Shown here one piece after another: positions 1-8,937 of a stretch of 64,000 nucleotides of DNA (positions within the stretch are counted from its first letter, which is position 1; each line of letters begins with the position of its first letter). Both the position numbers and the translations under genes were made by a program. The stretch is taken from contig CAWAXX010000023.1 in the NCBI GenBank assembly GCA_963786105.1, positions 256,001-320,000 of the forward strand, read 5' to 3'. Below the pieces are notes generated by a model. That model searched no databases. It saw only the letters and a program-made list of their open reading frames with translations, and had not been told where the DNA came from. This DNA is from Vulcanimicrobiota bacterium (GTDB lineage Bacteria; Vulcanimicrobiota; Vulcanimicrobiia; Vulcanimicrobiales; Vulcanimicrobiaceae).

Positions 1-2
1 GC

Positions 3-614
3 GACGAACACCAGCCGCGCGCCGTCGGCGAGCTGCCAATCTTCGAACGCATATTCTTCCGGGTCCCGATCGCACGAGGCGTTCAGGTTACCGCTCACTT
101 CGATCGAGCCGGTTTTGTCGTCGAAGGCTTGTCCGTTTACCTGAGTGACGATCGGCTGCAGCACGAAAACGCCGGCAGGCTGCGCGTTCGCGCCGGCGGC
201 GTAACTTTGGAAGGTTCCGGGCAGCGCCGTCTTCGGATCGACGATTTGGGAACCCGTCGCCGGATCGAACGCCGCCAGCGTGCTCAAGCGCGTCTGTATC
301 GCGCGCAAGAGTATGATGTCCTCGCCCGAAGCTGCGACTCCGTATCCCGGAGTTACGGTAACGAGCGGATCGGAGGACGAGTCGAGCGATAGCTCGAGTC
401 CGGTTACGATCCCGGGAGCAACGGTTTGTCCGAGCGTGGCTAATAGGCCTGACCGATATTGCTGTTCGTCGTCTAACGCATTTTCCGTGAGTGCCCGTCC
501 GGTGAAAAGGTTCAGGCGATGGCGCCAACCGGCGTTCAGCTGTTGAAGAAGCTGCGGATCGATGCCGACGATGCTCTCGCCGGGTTCGGGATTCGCGATT
601 GGCGTTGCTGGCAT
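3..614 (-). CDS. eCIS fibre/baseplate-associated protein (Afp13-like N-terminus), runs off the window; not in the ORF track
   Basis: Manual translation from ATG 614 (GAGG RBS upstream): MPATPIANPEPGESIVGIDPQLLQQLNAGWRHRLNLFTGRALTENALDDEQQYRSGLLATLGQTVAPGIVTGL. Same motif as the two upstream paralogues. Confidence 0.75.
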   Translation of the reverse strand, partial: MPATPIANPEPGESIVGIDPQLLQQLNAGWRHRLNLFTGRALTENALDDEQQYRSGLLATLGQTVAPGIVTGLELSLDSSSDPLVTVTPGYGVAASGEDIILLRAIQTRLSTLAAFDPATGSQIVDPKTALPGTFQSYAAGANAQPAGVFVLQPIVTQVNGQAFDDKTGSIEVSGNLNASCDRDPEEYAFEDWQLADGARLVFV

Positions 615-633
615 GGCCTACCTCACCGTTGTA

Positions 634-2022
634 CTAACTGGGATTCGGCGTTGAAAAGTCGACGAAAGCCGGTGCGGCCCGGCGCCGGACGTAGTACCCG
701 TACGTCTGCGTGCCGATCGCCGACGCCCAAGTAGCGTTTTGATTTGGGGACGGGGCCATCCCGATCGAGGCGCCTTGATACAAGCGCAAGAGCTCGATGG
801 GTGGCCGGGAGCTCAGCAGTTGCGGCAACGTCGTGGTGGGTGCGAGCACCGGTAACGAGCTTTTCAGCTTGGCGTAGTCGGCGCGTGCGACCGGAATTAA
901 CGCGAACACCGCGATGTTCGCGTACGCATCGGGAGGGAGCGTGAGGTCGAGCGGCGGAAGCGACATGCTGTCTTCGATCAGCGCCGCAATCTCGTCGACG
1001 GGGACGATGCTCAGCCGCACGTCGAGCTGTTGCGGAAAGAAAACCTGCGAGAAGGTTTGGGCGGCGTTCTGACCGCTGACGGTAAGGCTCGCGAGCGGAA
1101 ACCGGCCGGCTTGCGGAAGTGCCTGGAAGTAGCTTGCCGCGGAAAAAGCGGCCGACAGACCTGCCGCTTTTCTGACTGCGACCGTCTCCTGCAACTGAGC
1201 ATCGTACTGCATCAAGAACGCTTGCTGCGCGGCCGGGTCGGTGAGCCCGAATCGCAAGCCGCTATACTCAGGTCCCGTATCGCGGCGCACGAGATACGGG
1301 TCGATCCACTCGATCACTCCGCGCTGCAAGCTGACCATCGCAAGCGGCAGCAGGTCGGTGGAAATCTGCGTTCCACTGGCCGTGACGAAGATTTGCCGGG
1401 CTAGCGCGGCCCGCCGTTGCGAGGCATCGTAGGTCGTGACCGGATCCGGATACGGTACCAGCGTGACGGCGGTTGCTTCCACGATGTCGCTGTCGTGCGT
1501 CGTGCGCGTACCCTGAATGCTAGTCGGGTACGAGACGATCGGATTGGCGGTGAACTCGACCGGACGCAGGGCGAGAACGAAGAGGCCGCTCCGCGTCCGC
1601 GCCGGAACGTTCGGCATCGAGGAGAGGCCGAACTGGACGTCGAGGTTTTCCTCCACGGCGAGATCCGAGATCCGCAGCGGGAGATCCGACGGCAAGAGTA
1701 CCAGCTCGCCTGACGGCGTCACGCCCTGACCCGCGCGAATGACGATCGTATCGGCGCTCGCATTCGGGTCCGACGCTGGATCGAGCACCTGCGCCCACAA
1801 ACCATGAACCACGCCGAAGCCGGCGCATTGCCCCAAGTCGGCTTGCCGCTGCAGGAAGTAGTCTTGTTCGCGGGCTAAATCGCGCGCTGCCAAGAAACGT
1901 CCGTCGAACCAATACGGCCGGGTTCGCTGGCTGTTCAGGACGACCGAACCGTTGCCCTGATACGTGGTGAGCTCGTTCGACGTGAGCGCCACGCGCGAGC
2001 TGCCCTTCGTGTAAGAAATCAC
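634..2022 (-). CDS. eCIS fibre/baseplate-associated protein (Afp13-like N-terminal domain)
   Basis: RPYWFDGRFLAARDLAREQDY...GVVHGL motif typical of eCIS tail-fibre anchoring domains; operon position. Confidence 0.7.
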   Translation of the reverse strand: MISYTKGSSRVALTSNELTTYQGNGSVVLNSQRTRPYWFDGRFLAARDLAREQDYFLQRQADLGQCAGFGVVHGLWAQVLDPASDPNASADTIVIRAGQGVTPSGELVLLPSDLPLRISDLAVEENLDVQFGLSSMPNVPARTRSGLFVLALRPVEFTANPIVSYPTSIQGTRTTHDSDIVEATAVTLVPYPDPVTTYDASQRRAALARQIFVTASGTQISTDLLPLAMVSLQRGVIEWIDPYLVRRDTGPEYSGLRFGLTDPAAQQAFLMQYDAQLQETVAVRKAAGLSAAFSAASYFQALPQAGRFPLASLTVSGQNAAQTFSQVFFPQQLDVRLSIVPVDEIAALIEDSMSLPPLDLTLPPDAYANIAVFALIPVARADYAKLKSSLPVLAPTTTLPQLLSSRPPIELLRLYQGASIGMAPSPNQNATWASAIGTQTYGYYVRRRAAPAFVDFSTPNPS

Positions 2023-2053
2023 GGAAATCTCCTAACTGCGTAACCGCGCGACA

Positions 2054-3262
2054 TTATGACTCGGCACCCGAGCTGAGTCCGCTCCAGCGCGCGACGAGCG
2101 AACTCGAATACAGAAACAATCGCGAAAAATTGTCGATCCCGATATTGGCGAGCGTCATGGTAGGTGGCGACCCGGCGACAGCCGTGGCCGGGATCGTAAG
2201 GCGAGCGAGGAACACCGAGGTCGGGTCGAAGTTTGGTGGATATTCGGCGGGTGCCGAGCCCGGGCCGAAGGGTGTTGAGAAGCCCGGGCCGCTGTCAGCT
2301 TCGAGGATTCCTTGCTGGAGCGTTTTGGCGGGAGGATTTGGCGACGTCGCGATCGGCCCCATGGTCCGCCACGGATCTTCCGGAAGCTGCGGCGATGCGT
2401 CGGTGCGCAGCACCAGCTGCATTGCGAAGGAATCGAGCAAACGATTAGGGCTGAACGCGTCGGTCGCATCGTAGTCGTCTTGAGTAGCAAAGCAGGGCGT
2501 CACGCCGCGCGTGCAGCCCACGAACGTGGCGAAGACGTCGATCACGACGTTGCCGCCCTTGAGCGCGGCGTTGAGGTCGGAAGTCGTTTGAACCGCTAAC
2601 CAGTCGCCGATAGGGATGCACACTGCGCGTGGCACTTCGATGATGCGGCCGGCGCGGTCGACCGCAACGCCGGGAGTTACTTGTACTTCCAGCGCCGCCG
2701 ATCCGAGACACGTCCAGGCGGAGACGTTATCGCCGTCAGTCGTGGCGCCGCCGGCGTTGGTGTTCCACTGCGGGAGGACCGGCCCGGTTGTCAGACCGAC
2801 AACCACCGCGAGCACCTGCACGTTGCCGTTCTGATCGACGATCGCGGAGGGGTAGGTAAAGGGCGTGTTCGTTCGCCAGGCACTTCCCAACAGAGGCCCC
2901 TGATTTGTCCAGGTAACCGTACCATCGGCGGTCGTGGCTCCGGGCGCCGCCGTAAACGGCGGTACGGTGTCGCCGCTCGTTCCCGCTGCGCCGGCATTCA
3001 TCTGCACGTTCTTGTTGGCGTCGATGACGAACGACCAAGGCGCGTACGCTGAATGTTGCTGCAGCTGTTGCGGAACGCGCACCTTCAGGCCGGACACGGT
3101 TCCGGTGCCGCACAGTTGCAGCAACGCTCGGGCCAAGCGACCCCGGTGATAGTCTTGGTCGGCTTGGAAATCTTCCACACCGAGCATTCTTCCCAACGAG
3201 TAGTAAACTCGGTTCGGTGCCGGAGGAGGCGATGCGGCGAGCGCATCAGCTGAGTTCGACAT
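2054..3262 (-). CDS. eCIS fibre-like protein with an inserted tandem-repeat module
   Basis: RVYYSLGRMLGVEDFQADQDYH...GTVSGL motif; two internal repeats ending GATTADGTVTWTNQG and GATTDGDNVSAWTCLG. Confidence 0.7.
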   Translation of the reverse strand: MSNSADALAASPPPAPNRVYYSLGRMLGVEDFQADQDYHRGRLARALLQLCGTGTVSGLKVRVPQQLQQHSAYAPWSFVIDANKNVQMNAGAAGTSGDTVPPFTAAPGATTADGTVTWTNQGPLLGSAWRTNTPFTYPSAIVDQNGNVQVLAVVVGLTTGPVLPQWNTNAGGATTDGDNVSAWTCLGSAALEVQVTPGVAVDRAGRIIEVPRAVCIPIGDWLAVQTTSDLNAALKGGNVVIDVFATFVGCTRGVTPCFATQDDYDATDAFSPNRLLDSFAMQLVLRTDASPQLPEDPWRTMGPIATSPNPPAKTLQQGILEADSGPGFSTPFGPGSAPAEYPPNFDPTSVFLARLTIPATAVAGSPPTMTLANIGIDNFSRLFLYSSSLVARWSGLSSGAES

Positions 3263-3271
3263 GATGTCCTC

Positions 3272-3463
3272 TCATTGGTTCGGAGGCGCGGCGCCGACGA
3301 CGACCCGAAGGCTGGCCGGCCTGCTTTCGGTGCCGATGTCGTCGCGAACCACCAGTGCAAAGACGTAGGTACCGGGCGCCATTCCGGCCACCGTCAACTG
3401 CGGAGCCTCCGTAGTGACTGGCTTGTTGAGGAGCAGCGTGACGGCTTTCGGCGGCGCGGGCAT
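3272..3463 (-). CDS. Small protein consisting only of the C-terminal half of a PKD/Ig-like fold
   Basis: 63 aa; PGTYVFALVVRDDIGTESRPASLRVVV matches PKD C-terminal strands; starts 10 nt after the upstream stop. Confidence 0.7.
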   Translation of the reverse strand: MPAPPKAVTLLLNKPVTTEAPQLTVAGMAPGTYVFALVVRDDIGTESRPASLRVVVGAAPPNQ

Positions 3464-3473
3464 TGCGTTCGAT

Positions 3474-3800
3474 TTAACTCGGTTTTGAGACCGACGTCAG
3501 TTGCCAAACGAAACTCACGATTTTTCCGCCGCCCTGCGGCGTTCCGGTACCGACAAGCGTAATCGGCGTGTTGGCAGCGACAGCCGGCGGCCCGGTGAGC
3601 GTGGCGGCTGGTACGCCGCGCACCGTGACCGTGCACGTTGCGGGAGTACTCTTGTTTCCCAAATCGTCAACGACCAGGAGCGAGAACGTCAAGACCGATC
3701 CAACCGAAGGCGGCGTTCCACCGACGGTCACGCTCACGGTTGGCGACGTGTTCGTCACGGCTGCGCCTCCGGCGGTCAAGGTTATCGGGGTATCTGGCAT
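3474..3800 (-). CDS. Circularly permuted PKD/Ig-like small protein (C-half then N-half)
   Basis: ATG 3800 with GAGG RBS; LTFSLLVVDDLGNKSTPATCTVTV is followed by PAATLTGP...ITLVG...KIVSFVW. Confidence 0.75.
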   Translation of the reverse strand: MPDTPITLTAGGAAVTNTSPTVSVTVGGTPPSVGSVLTFSLLVVDDLGNKSTPATCTVTVRGVPAATLTGPPAVAANTPITLVGTGTPQGGGKIVSFVWQLTSVSKPS

Positions 3801-3835
3801 AGTCTTATCCTCAAAAGCGCGAAGAATTTGGCGTG

Positions 3836-6331
3836 CTACGGCGCCGGCCGCAGCGCCCACTGATAAGAAATAATTTTCTCTCCGGGCGGTGCAGTGGAAG
3901 CGCTGCCGTCGAGGACGATCGATTCATCCGGAAGCATGTATTGTGGCCCCGCCAAACGCGCCACGGGACTCGTCCACTCCGAGAAGGCAGCGTTTTCCAA
4001 GCGTGGATCCAGGCTAGGTAAGGTCGTGATGACGTCGTAGCGTCCTATCTGACTGACGCCGACCTCGACGGGCGCGCGTGGCGGCTCCGGCGCGAGATAG
4101 GTGTTGACACCGACCAGGGAAGCGAGGCCGATCATGAACGGTTGGCTCGCGCGCTGAATACTTGCCGCGACGTGCGCCGGTTTTTCCCGTTCGACAATTC
4201 GTTGCACCAGCAGCGCGTCAACCGTCTCCACTTGGTCGTGAATGAAGATGGTCACACGGTTAGCGAACTTCTCGTACAGGGCCTCGGGCTGGTTCGTTCC
4301 GCTAGCCAAGTTGAGGTTCGTCGCATAGAGGTCTTGCAGCTCCGCTTGGATGCGCGGATCGCCCAAGAACAGCGTGTCGCCGACAATGGAGTTACTGTCC
4401 GGCGAATAGCCCGGCAACAGTGGATCGTCCTTGATGGAGAGATCGGCGCCGAGAATCGTGGCGAAGATGTGGCGCAATCGAAAATCTTCTACCACCAAGA
4501 TCGCGCCGCGCGAACACATGCCGCCGGTGGCGACGTCGAGCGCGAGCGCGAGACCCTGAGCGGTTCCACGTTGCCGATACAGTTGCGGCGTCGCTTGCAA
4601 TCGCGCCCGACGACGGCCCGGCGGATATTCGGAGGGCTCGATCCCTATCCAGGTGCCCAACCAATCAAGCGCGTCGTCCGGCGTCGCTTCGGGGCGCGTC
4701 AACAGATACGCGCCGGCCACGCGGTCTTCGATGTGCGTCAGTTGCGCTTCGAACGAATCGACGAAGCGTTCGAAGAAATCGCGCCGCGTGCTCGGGCCGT
4801 CCCGATCGGCTTGAACGCCGTACGCCTTTTCACGATAGATTTCCGGCAGGTAGTGGTCGACGTACGAAAAGCGTGAAGCGTAGGCCCGCAGTGCGGCTAC
4901 CTCCGGCGTATTTCGCCGGTCGCCATTCAGCTGCACTCGCACGCCGAGGTAGCGCCCTTGCAGGTTGCGCACTGCCTTTCCGGCGCGCTGCAGCAAGACC
5001 ATGAAGAGCCCCTGACGGTCCTGAACCGGTGCCGCATCGAGCAGCGCAGGCGCAAACGCGACCTCGGGCGTGCTCGATTGCCAGGCCGCGCGTGGAACGT
5101 ACGCGAGCATATCCGGCGGAACGCTGCCGACGTCCGCATCGCCGATGGCGTGCGGGTACCAGCGGGTCTCGAGCGAGGTGAGATCCGCGGCGGCGTCGGA
5201 CGCGGCCAGCCACACGAGCACTCCGCAATGCGGTGGTAGGATGGCTTCAAGAAACAAACGGTGCCAAACCGTTTCAGCCGAACCGCTGTCGAAAACGATG
5301 GGAGTCGCCGGATCGGTTTGACCGGTGCCGGCGAAGCTGTTCAACGACAGCGGAAGGAGAGGAACGAGCGAGCCGGTCGTCCCGGCGTAGTATGCCGGCA
5401 ACCCAAACCCATGCGCGAACGGACCCACGTTGACGTCACTCAAGACGTACGAATCGCCGGCAGGGACAAGCGTGCTTCCGGGCAACGAAAGATCGAAAAC
5501 GAACGCTTCCTGCGCATTCGTGGCGAGCGTTGCGATGCGTCCGTCGCCGATCGCGGCGAGCGCGTAGGGAAACTTCGCTCCGCCGAGCACGATCGGCGCG
5601 CCGAGCCCGGCATCGTCGAAGATGCGCAACAGCGCAACCCGGCTTCCCGCTGCATCCAGTCCCCACGAAAGCAGTGCGAAGCCGGTGCCGTCGATGGATG
5701 CGATAGCGACGAAGGTCTCCGAGTTGGTCAGCGCGTACCGCTGCGCGACGCGCGGCGGATCGGCGTTGACCTCGCACGAGCGCAGAATGCCCGGAGCCGG
5801 TCCTTCGGCCGGCCCGGTTTGCAAGGGCGCACCGGTCACGATGCCGAGCTGCGGCTTTTCCCGGTCGAGCGCGAGCACGCCGCCGCCGGCGAGTGCCGCC
5901 AGCCGCCAGAAAGAAAAATCGGGCACCGACAATGTGAAGGCGGGCCAGCGCTCGCGCCGATCCAGCATGACCAGCGTACCGGCGGCCGCTATATAAAGGA
6001 TGCCGTCGTAGCCGAGAACGAGGTCGGTCACGGCTTGGAACGGCGGCGGCGCATAGATAGGGACTTCGCCCTGGCCGCTGCCGCCGGCGACGGCCAGTCC
6101 GCTCGCCGGATCCCAGCGCGCGTAGTTGTCGTACTGGTCGCGCGCCATTGGGACCGACTCCACCAACTTGGCGGCCAGCGCCGAGTCTTCGACCGGCGTT
6201 GGTGCGCTGCTGCTGCTCAGCAACTGCAGCCGGCCGCTCTTGTCGCAATACTGCAAACCTTCCGTGCCCGCGCTCCACGGCCAATCGGCGCGCCGGCTCA
6301 ACATCCAAAACCGAAGTCCGTTTGCGTCCAT
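3836..6331 (-). CDS. eCIS baseplate wedge / phage tail protein (Tail_P2_I-like) with an N-terminal propeller-like region and a C-terminal half-PKD
   Basis: YLPEIYRE...DFFERF...ALDWLGTWIG...LYRQRGT...EREKPAH motifs; start MDANGLRF at 6331. Confidence 0.8.
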   Translation of the reverse strand: MDANGLRFWMLSRRADWPWSAGTEGLQYCDKSGRLQLLSSSSAPTPVEDSALAAKLVESVPMARDQYDNYARWDPASGLAVAGGSGQGEVPIYAPPPFQAVTDLVLGYDGILYIAAAGTLVMLDRRERWPAFTLSVPDFSFWRLAALAGGGVLALDREKPQLGIVTGAPLQTGPAEGPAPGILRSCEVNADPPRVAQRYALTNSETFVAIASIDGTGFALLSWGLDAAGSRVALLRIFDDAGLGAPIVLGGAKFPYALAAIGDGRIATLATNAQEAFVFDLSLPGSTLVPAGDSYVLSDVNVGPFAHGFGLPAYYAGTTGSLVPLLPLSLNSFAGTGQTDPATPIVFDSGSAETVWHRLFLEAILPPHCGVLVWLAASDAAADLTSLETRWYPHAIGDADVGSVPPDMLAYVPRAAWQSSTPEVAFAPALLDAAPVQDRQGLFMVLLQRAGKAVRNLQGRYLGVRVQLNGDRRNTPEVAALRAYASRFSYVDHYLPEIYREKAYGVQADRDGPSTRRDFFERFVDSFEAQLTHIEDRVAGAYLLTRPEATPDDALDWLGTWIGIEPSEYPPGRRRARLQATPQLYRQRGTAQGLALALDVATGGMCSRGAILVVEDFRLRHIFATILGADLSIKDDPLLPGYSPDSNSIVGDTLFLGDPRIQAELQDLYATNLNLASGTNQPEALYEKFANRVTIFIHDQVETVDALLVQRIVEREKPAHVAASIQRASQPFMIGLASLVGVNTYLAPEPPRAPVEVGVSQIGRYDVITTLPSLDPRLENAAFSEWTSPVARLAGPQYMLPDESIVLDGSASTAPPGEKIISYQWALRPAP

Positions 6332-6338
6332 GCGAGCC

Positions 6339-8543
6339 TCAGCAGACTTTCGGCACGACGGGAACCGCAACGGAGTCGTCGGTGGTCAGTGCGGGAACCA
6401 GATCGGGAACGCTGACCGTCGATCCGTCGTCGCCGGCGGCGACGCGCACTTGCAAAACCTCGACGAGTTGCCAGCTCTTCAGTGACAGGGTGGATTTGCC
6501 GGTCGCATCGACCGGAATTTGCGTGTATCCGCCAGCGGGCTTTGCCGCGTACATTTTTAGGCCGTCGATTTCGACGACGCCGGGAACTTGGCTGACGATA
6601 ACTTCCAGCTCGAGACTGCGCACGTTGCGACCCAGCGGCCACCCCTGCTGGTCGGTTCCGCCCGGCGCGATCGGCCAGAGGTAACTGCGAATCGCGGTTT
6701 CGACCGCTTGAGATACCGCCGACAGACCGTAGCCGCTGCGCACTTCGACGGCGATCGCGATGCCCAGCCCGACGTAGTCGGTCGCGATGACGTACAACTC
6801 CGCAGCGACGGGACGCCGCGGATCCAAATAGGCGTAAACGGTTTCGAGCAGCGGCCGATCGGCGCGCGGGCACGGTGCCAGCACGCCATCCTTCCCCGGA
6901 ATGACCATCACCGAAACGACGCCCGGCGTGTTGGGTGTGCGCGTCTGCGGCTTAAACAGCGGGAGGACTTCGACGCGCGCAACGTTCGCGCCGGGTACGT
7001 CTTGTGCCAAACTCTGATAGTCGGCGGCGGTGATCGCGCGGTCTTGATGCCGCAGCAAGCCGGGAATGCGTTGCTCGGCGTGCGCCAGGGTTTCGGCGTC
7101 GGCGCCTCCGGTGGTCGCGATCGGTTGCGTGACGGTGACTTGCCCGGCTTGCGCGCCCGACGCATCCTGCGCGCGTATCGCCGTCAGCGTTCCACTTGGA
7201 AGATTCCCCGCGCTGCCACCGCCGGCGCGCATTTGACGGACGCGGATTCGCCGTCCCAGCGGGACGATCATGCCCTGCATCTGGTTGCCGAACGTCACCG
7301 TGCCGGCTTCGGGATCGAGCACGTATGCGGGAACCGGTCCTCGCTGCGCGGCTAGATCGTCCACTTGCTGCCACAGCTGATAGCCCAGGCCCGGCATGTC
7401 GACCTCGAGCTGGAACGTCGCTGAATCGATTTGCGTCTGGCCTAGTGCAAACTGCTGCCCGGCGGTTCCGTCGCTCACGCCGACGACGACCGACTTGAAC
7501 GACGTGCGCTGGTCGATTCCGACGGCGTTGACGCCGATCCAGCTGACTGAAATCGCCGAGCTCGCGCTGAGACGAACCCACGCGATCAATCTTCCGGCAA
7601 CGTCGGGGTCATCGATGCGCGGCGGCTTCGGCCCCACCCCCGCCTGCGCGTCGACGCGCACGTCGTTGGAGGGCGCATTGATGAGTCCGCTTTGCGGAAG
7701 AACCAGCCGCACGACACCGGGCTGCGTCAATCCGCGGGTCGAATCGTCGGAAACCGCCAGCGTCGTGTAGGACGCGGGCATCCCGGGTCCGGACGAGCTC
7801 ATCTGCCAATCGGCTTGGACCGCCGCGCGCGGCCCGATATCGGCAAACGGATCGGGCAGCGCGAGCGCAGGGACGAATCCGACGCTGAGGAGTTGCTGCC
7901 CGTTCTTGCCGCCGATCGCATCGCGAATTTGCGCCACCAGCGATGGATCCGGCTTAGCGGCGAGCAAGGCCAGCCAGATGCATCCGTCGACCGTGCCTTG
8001 GATGACGTCGATTCCATTCGGATCGGCCTGACCGTTTGCGAAGACCGGTGTCGTTTGATACCCGCTCGGCGTGGCGGAAAGCCCGTACAAGGTTTTGAGG
8101 CCGGTCAGCAGCGGAAGCGTCTCGGCAATCCGATCGGGTTGAATCTTCGCTTTGACGTAGGCCTGCGCGGTCAGCGGGAGCAGATTGAGCTCGGCGAGCG
8201 TTTCAAACGGGACCGCACCGGTCAGGGTCGCGCCGTTCACCAGATCTTTTGGAGCCGTCGCGGACGGATCGAGCGCGAGCGAGATCAGCCCTTGAGCGGC
8301 GGCTGCCGGCCGCATGCTTTGCCCCAACAACCGCAGGAACGCGATGCGCTGCTTTTCCGGAATGAGGTTGGCGCGGTACAGTATCGTGTCGGCAAGCCAC
8401 GCGAACAGCTCGATGAGCGTGCGCCCCGGATCGCCCGGTTGCGGATTCGTCCATTCCGGAGTGTGCGCCGGAATGCTCGCCAACATCTCGGCGACGAGGT
8501 CGTCGTACGAGCGGTCGTCGAGTGCCGGCACGATGAGCGGCAT
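6339..8543 (-). CDS. eCIS baseplate assembly protein (baseplate J/gp6, Afp11-like)
   Basis: MPL..PALDDRSYDDLV...PEWTN...DPGRTLIELFAW; GGADAET; RAITAADY motifs. Confidence 0.92.
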   Translation of the reverse strand: MPLIVPALDDRSYDDLVAEMLASIPAHTPEWTNPQPGDPGRTLIELFAWLADTILYRANLIPEKQRIAFLRLLGQSMRPAAAAQGLISLALDPSATAPKDLVNGATLTGAVPFETLAELNLLPLTAQAYVKAKIQPDRIAETLPLLTGLKTLYGLSATPSGYQTTPVFANGQADPNGIDVIQGTVDGCIWLALLAAKPDPSLVAQIRDAIGGKNGQQLLSVGFVPALALPDPFADIGPRAAVQADWQMSSSGPGMPASYTTLAVSDDSTRGLTQPGVVRLVLPQSGLINAPSNDVRVDAQAGVGPKPPRIDDPDVAGRLIAWVRLSASSAISVSWIGVNAVGIDQRTSFKSVVVGVSDGTAGQQFALGQTQIDSATFQLEVDMPGLGYQLWQQVDDLAAQRGPVPAYVLDPEAGTVTFGNQMQGMIVPLGRRIRVRQMRAGGGSAGNLPSGTLTAIRAQDASGAQAGQVTVTQPIATTGGADAETLAHAEQRIPGLLRHQDRAITAADYQSLAQDVPGANVARVEVLPLFKPQTRTPNTPGVVSVMVIPGKDGVLAPCPRADRPLLETVYAYLDPRRPVAAELYVIATDYVGLGIAIAVEVRSGYGLSAVSQAVETAIRSYLWPIAPGGTDQQGWPLGRNVRSLELEVIVSQVPGVVEIDGLKMYAAKPAGGYTQIPVDATGKSTLSLKSWQLVEVLQVRVAAGDDGSTVSVPDLVPALTTDDSVAVPVVPKVC

Positions 8544-8545
8544 GT

Positions 8546-8932
8546 CTAGTCCGCCCGCATGGTGACGCCGAGCTGCTGCACCTGATTCGTGCGCAGGACC
8601 CGGTAGTAGATTTGAACGTGAACTTCGGACGGCACGCCGTTAACCGGATCGACGTCGATGCGGTCGACGATGATTCGCGTTTCATAGTTTTGCAGGCCTT
8701 CGAGGATCGCCGTTTGGATCTGGCGCCGGAGGGCGAGCGTGTTGCCATCGTCGAGGAAGCTCTGTAACCCCGCTCCGAAACGCGGACGCATCAGTTGTTC
8801 GCCGGGACGCGTCGTCAGTATAATGCGTATCGCGTCGCGCACGCTGCGCTCCAGGGTGGGATAGACGAGCTGCCCTTGTTGCGGCAATGGAAGAAACGGC
8901 CAGCTCACCAGGCTCTTTAAGCTGCTCGCCAC
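8546..8932 (-). CDS. GPW/gp25 family baseplate protein (Afp9-like)
   Basis: SVRDAIRIILTTRPGEQLMRPRFGAGL...YETRI motif; probable GTG start at 8932. Confidence 0.9.
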   Translation of the reverse strand: MASSLKSLVSWPFLPLPQQGQLVYPTLERSVRDAIRIILTTRPGEQLMRPRFGAGLQSFLDDGNTLALRRQIQTAILEGLQNYETRIIVDRIDVDPVNGVPSEVHVQIYYRVLRTNQVQQLGVTMRAD

Positions 8933-8937
8933 GGCGT

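Noticed and set aside
3801..3860. Programmed frameshift fusing the wedge protein to the PKD-like protein
   Set aside because: The overlapping frame is open, but no slippery heptamer is evident and ATG 3800 has its own GAGG RBS. Separate genes are favoured, though fusion is not formally excluded.
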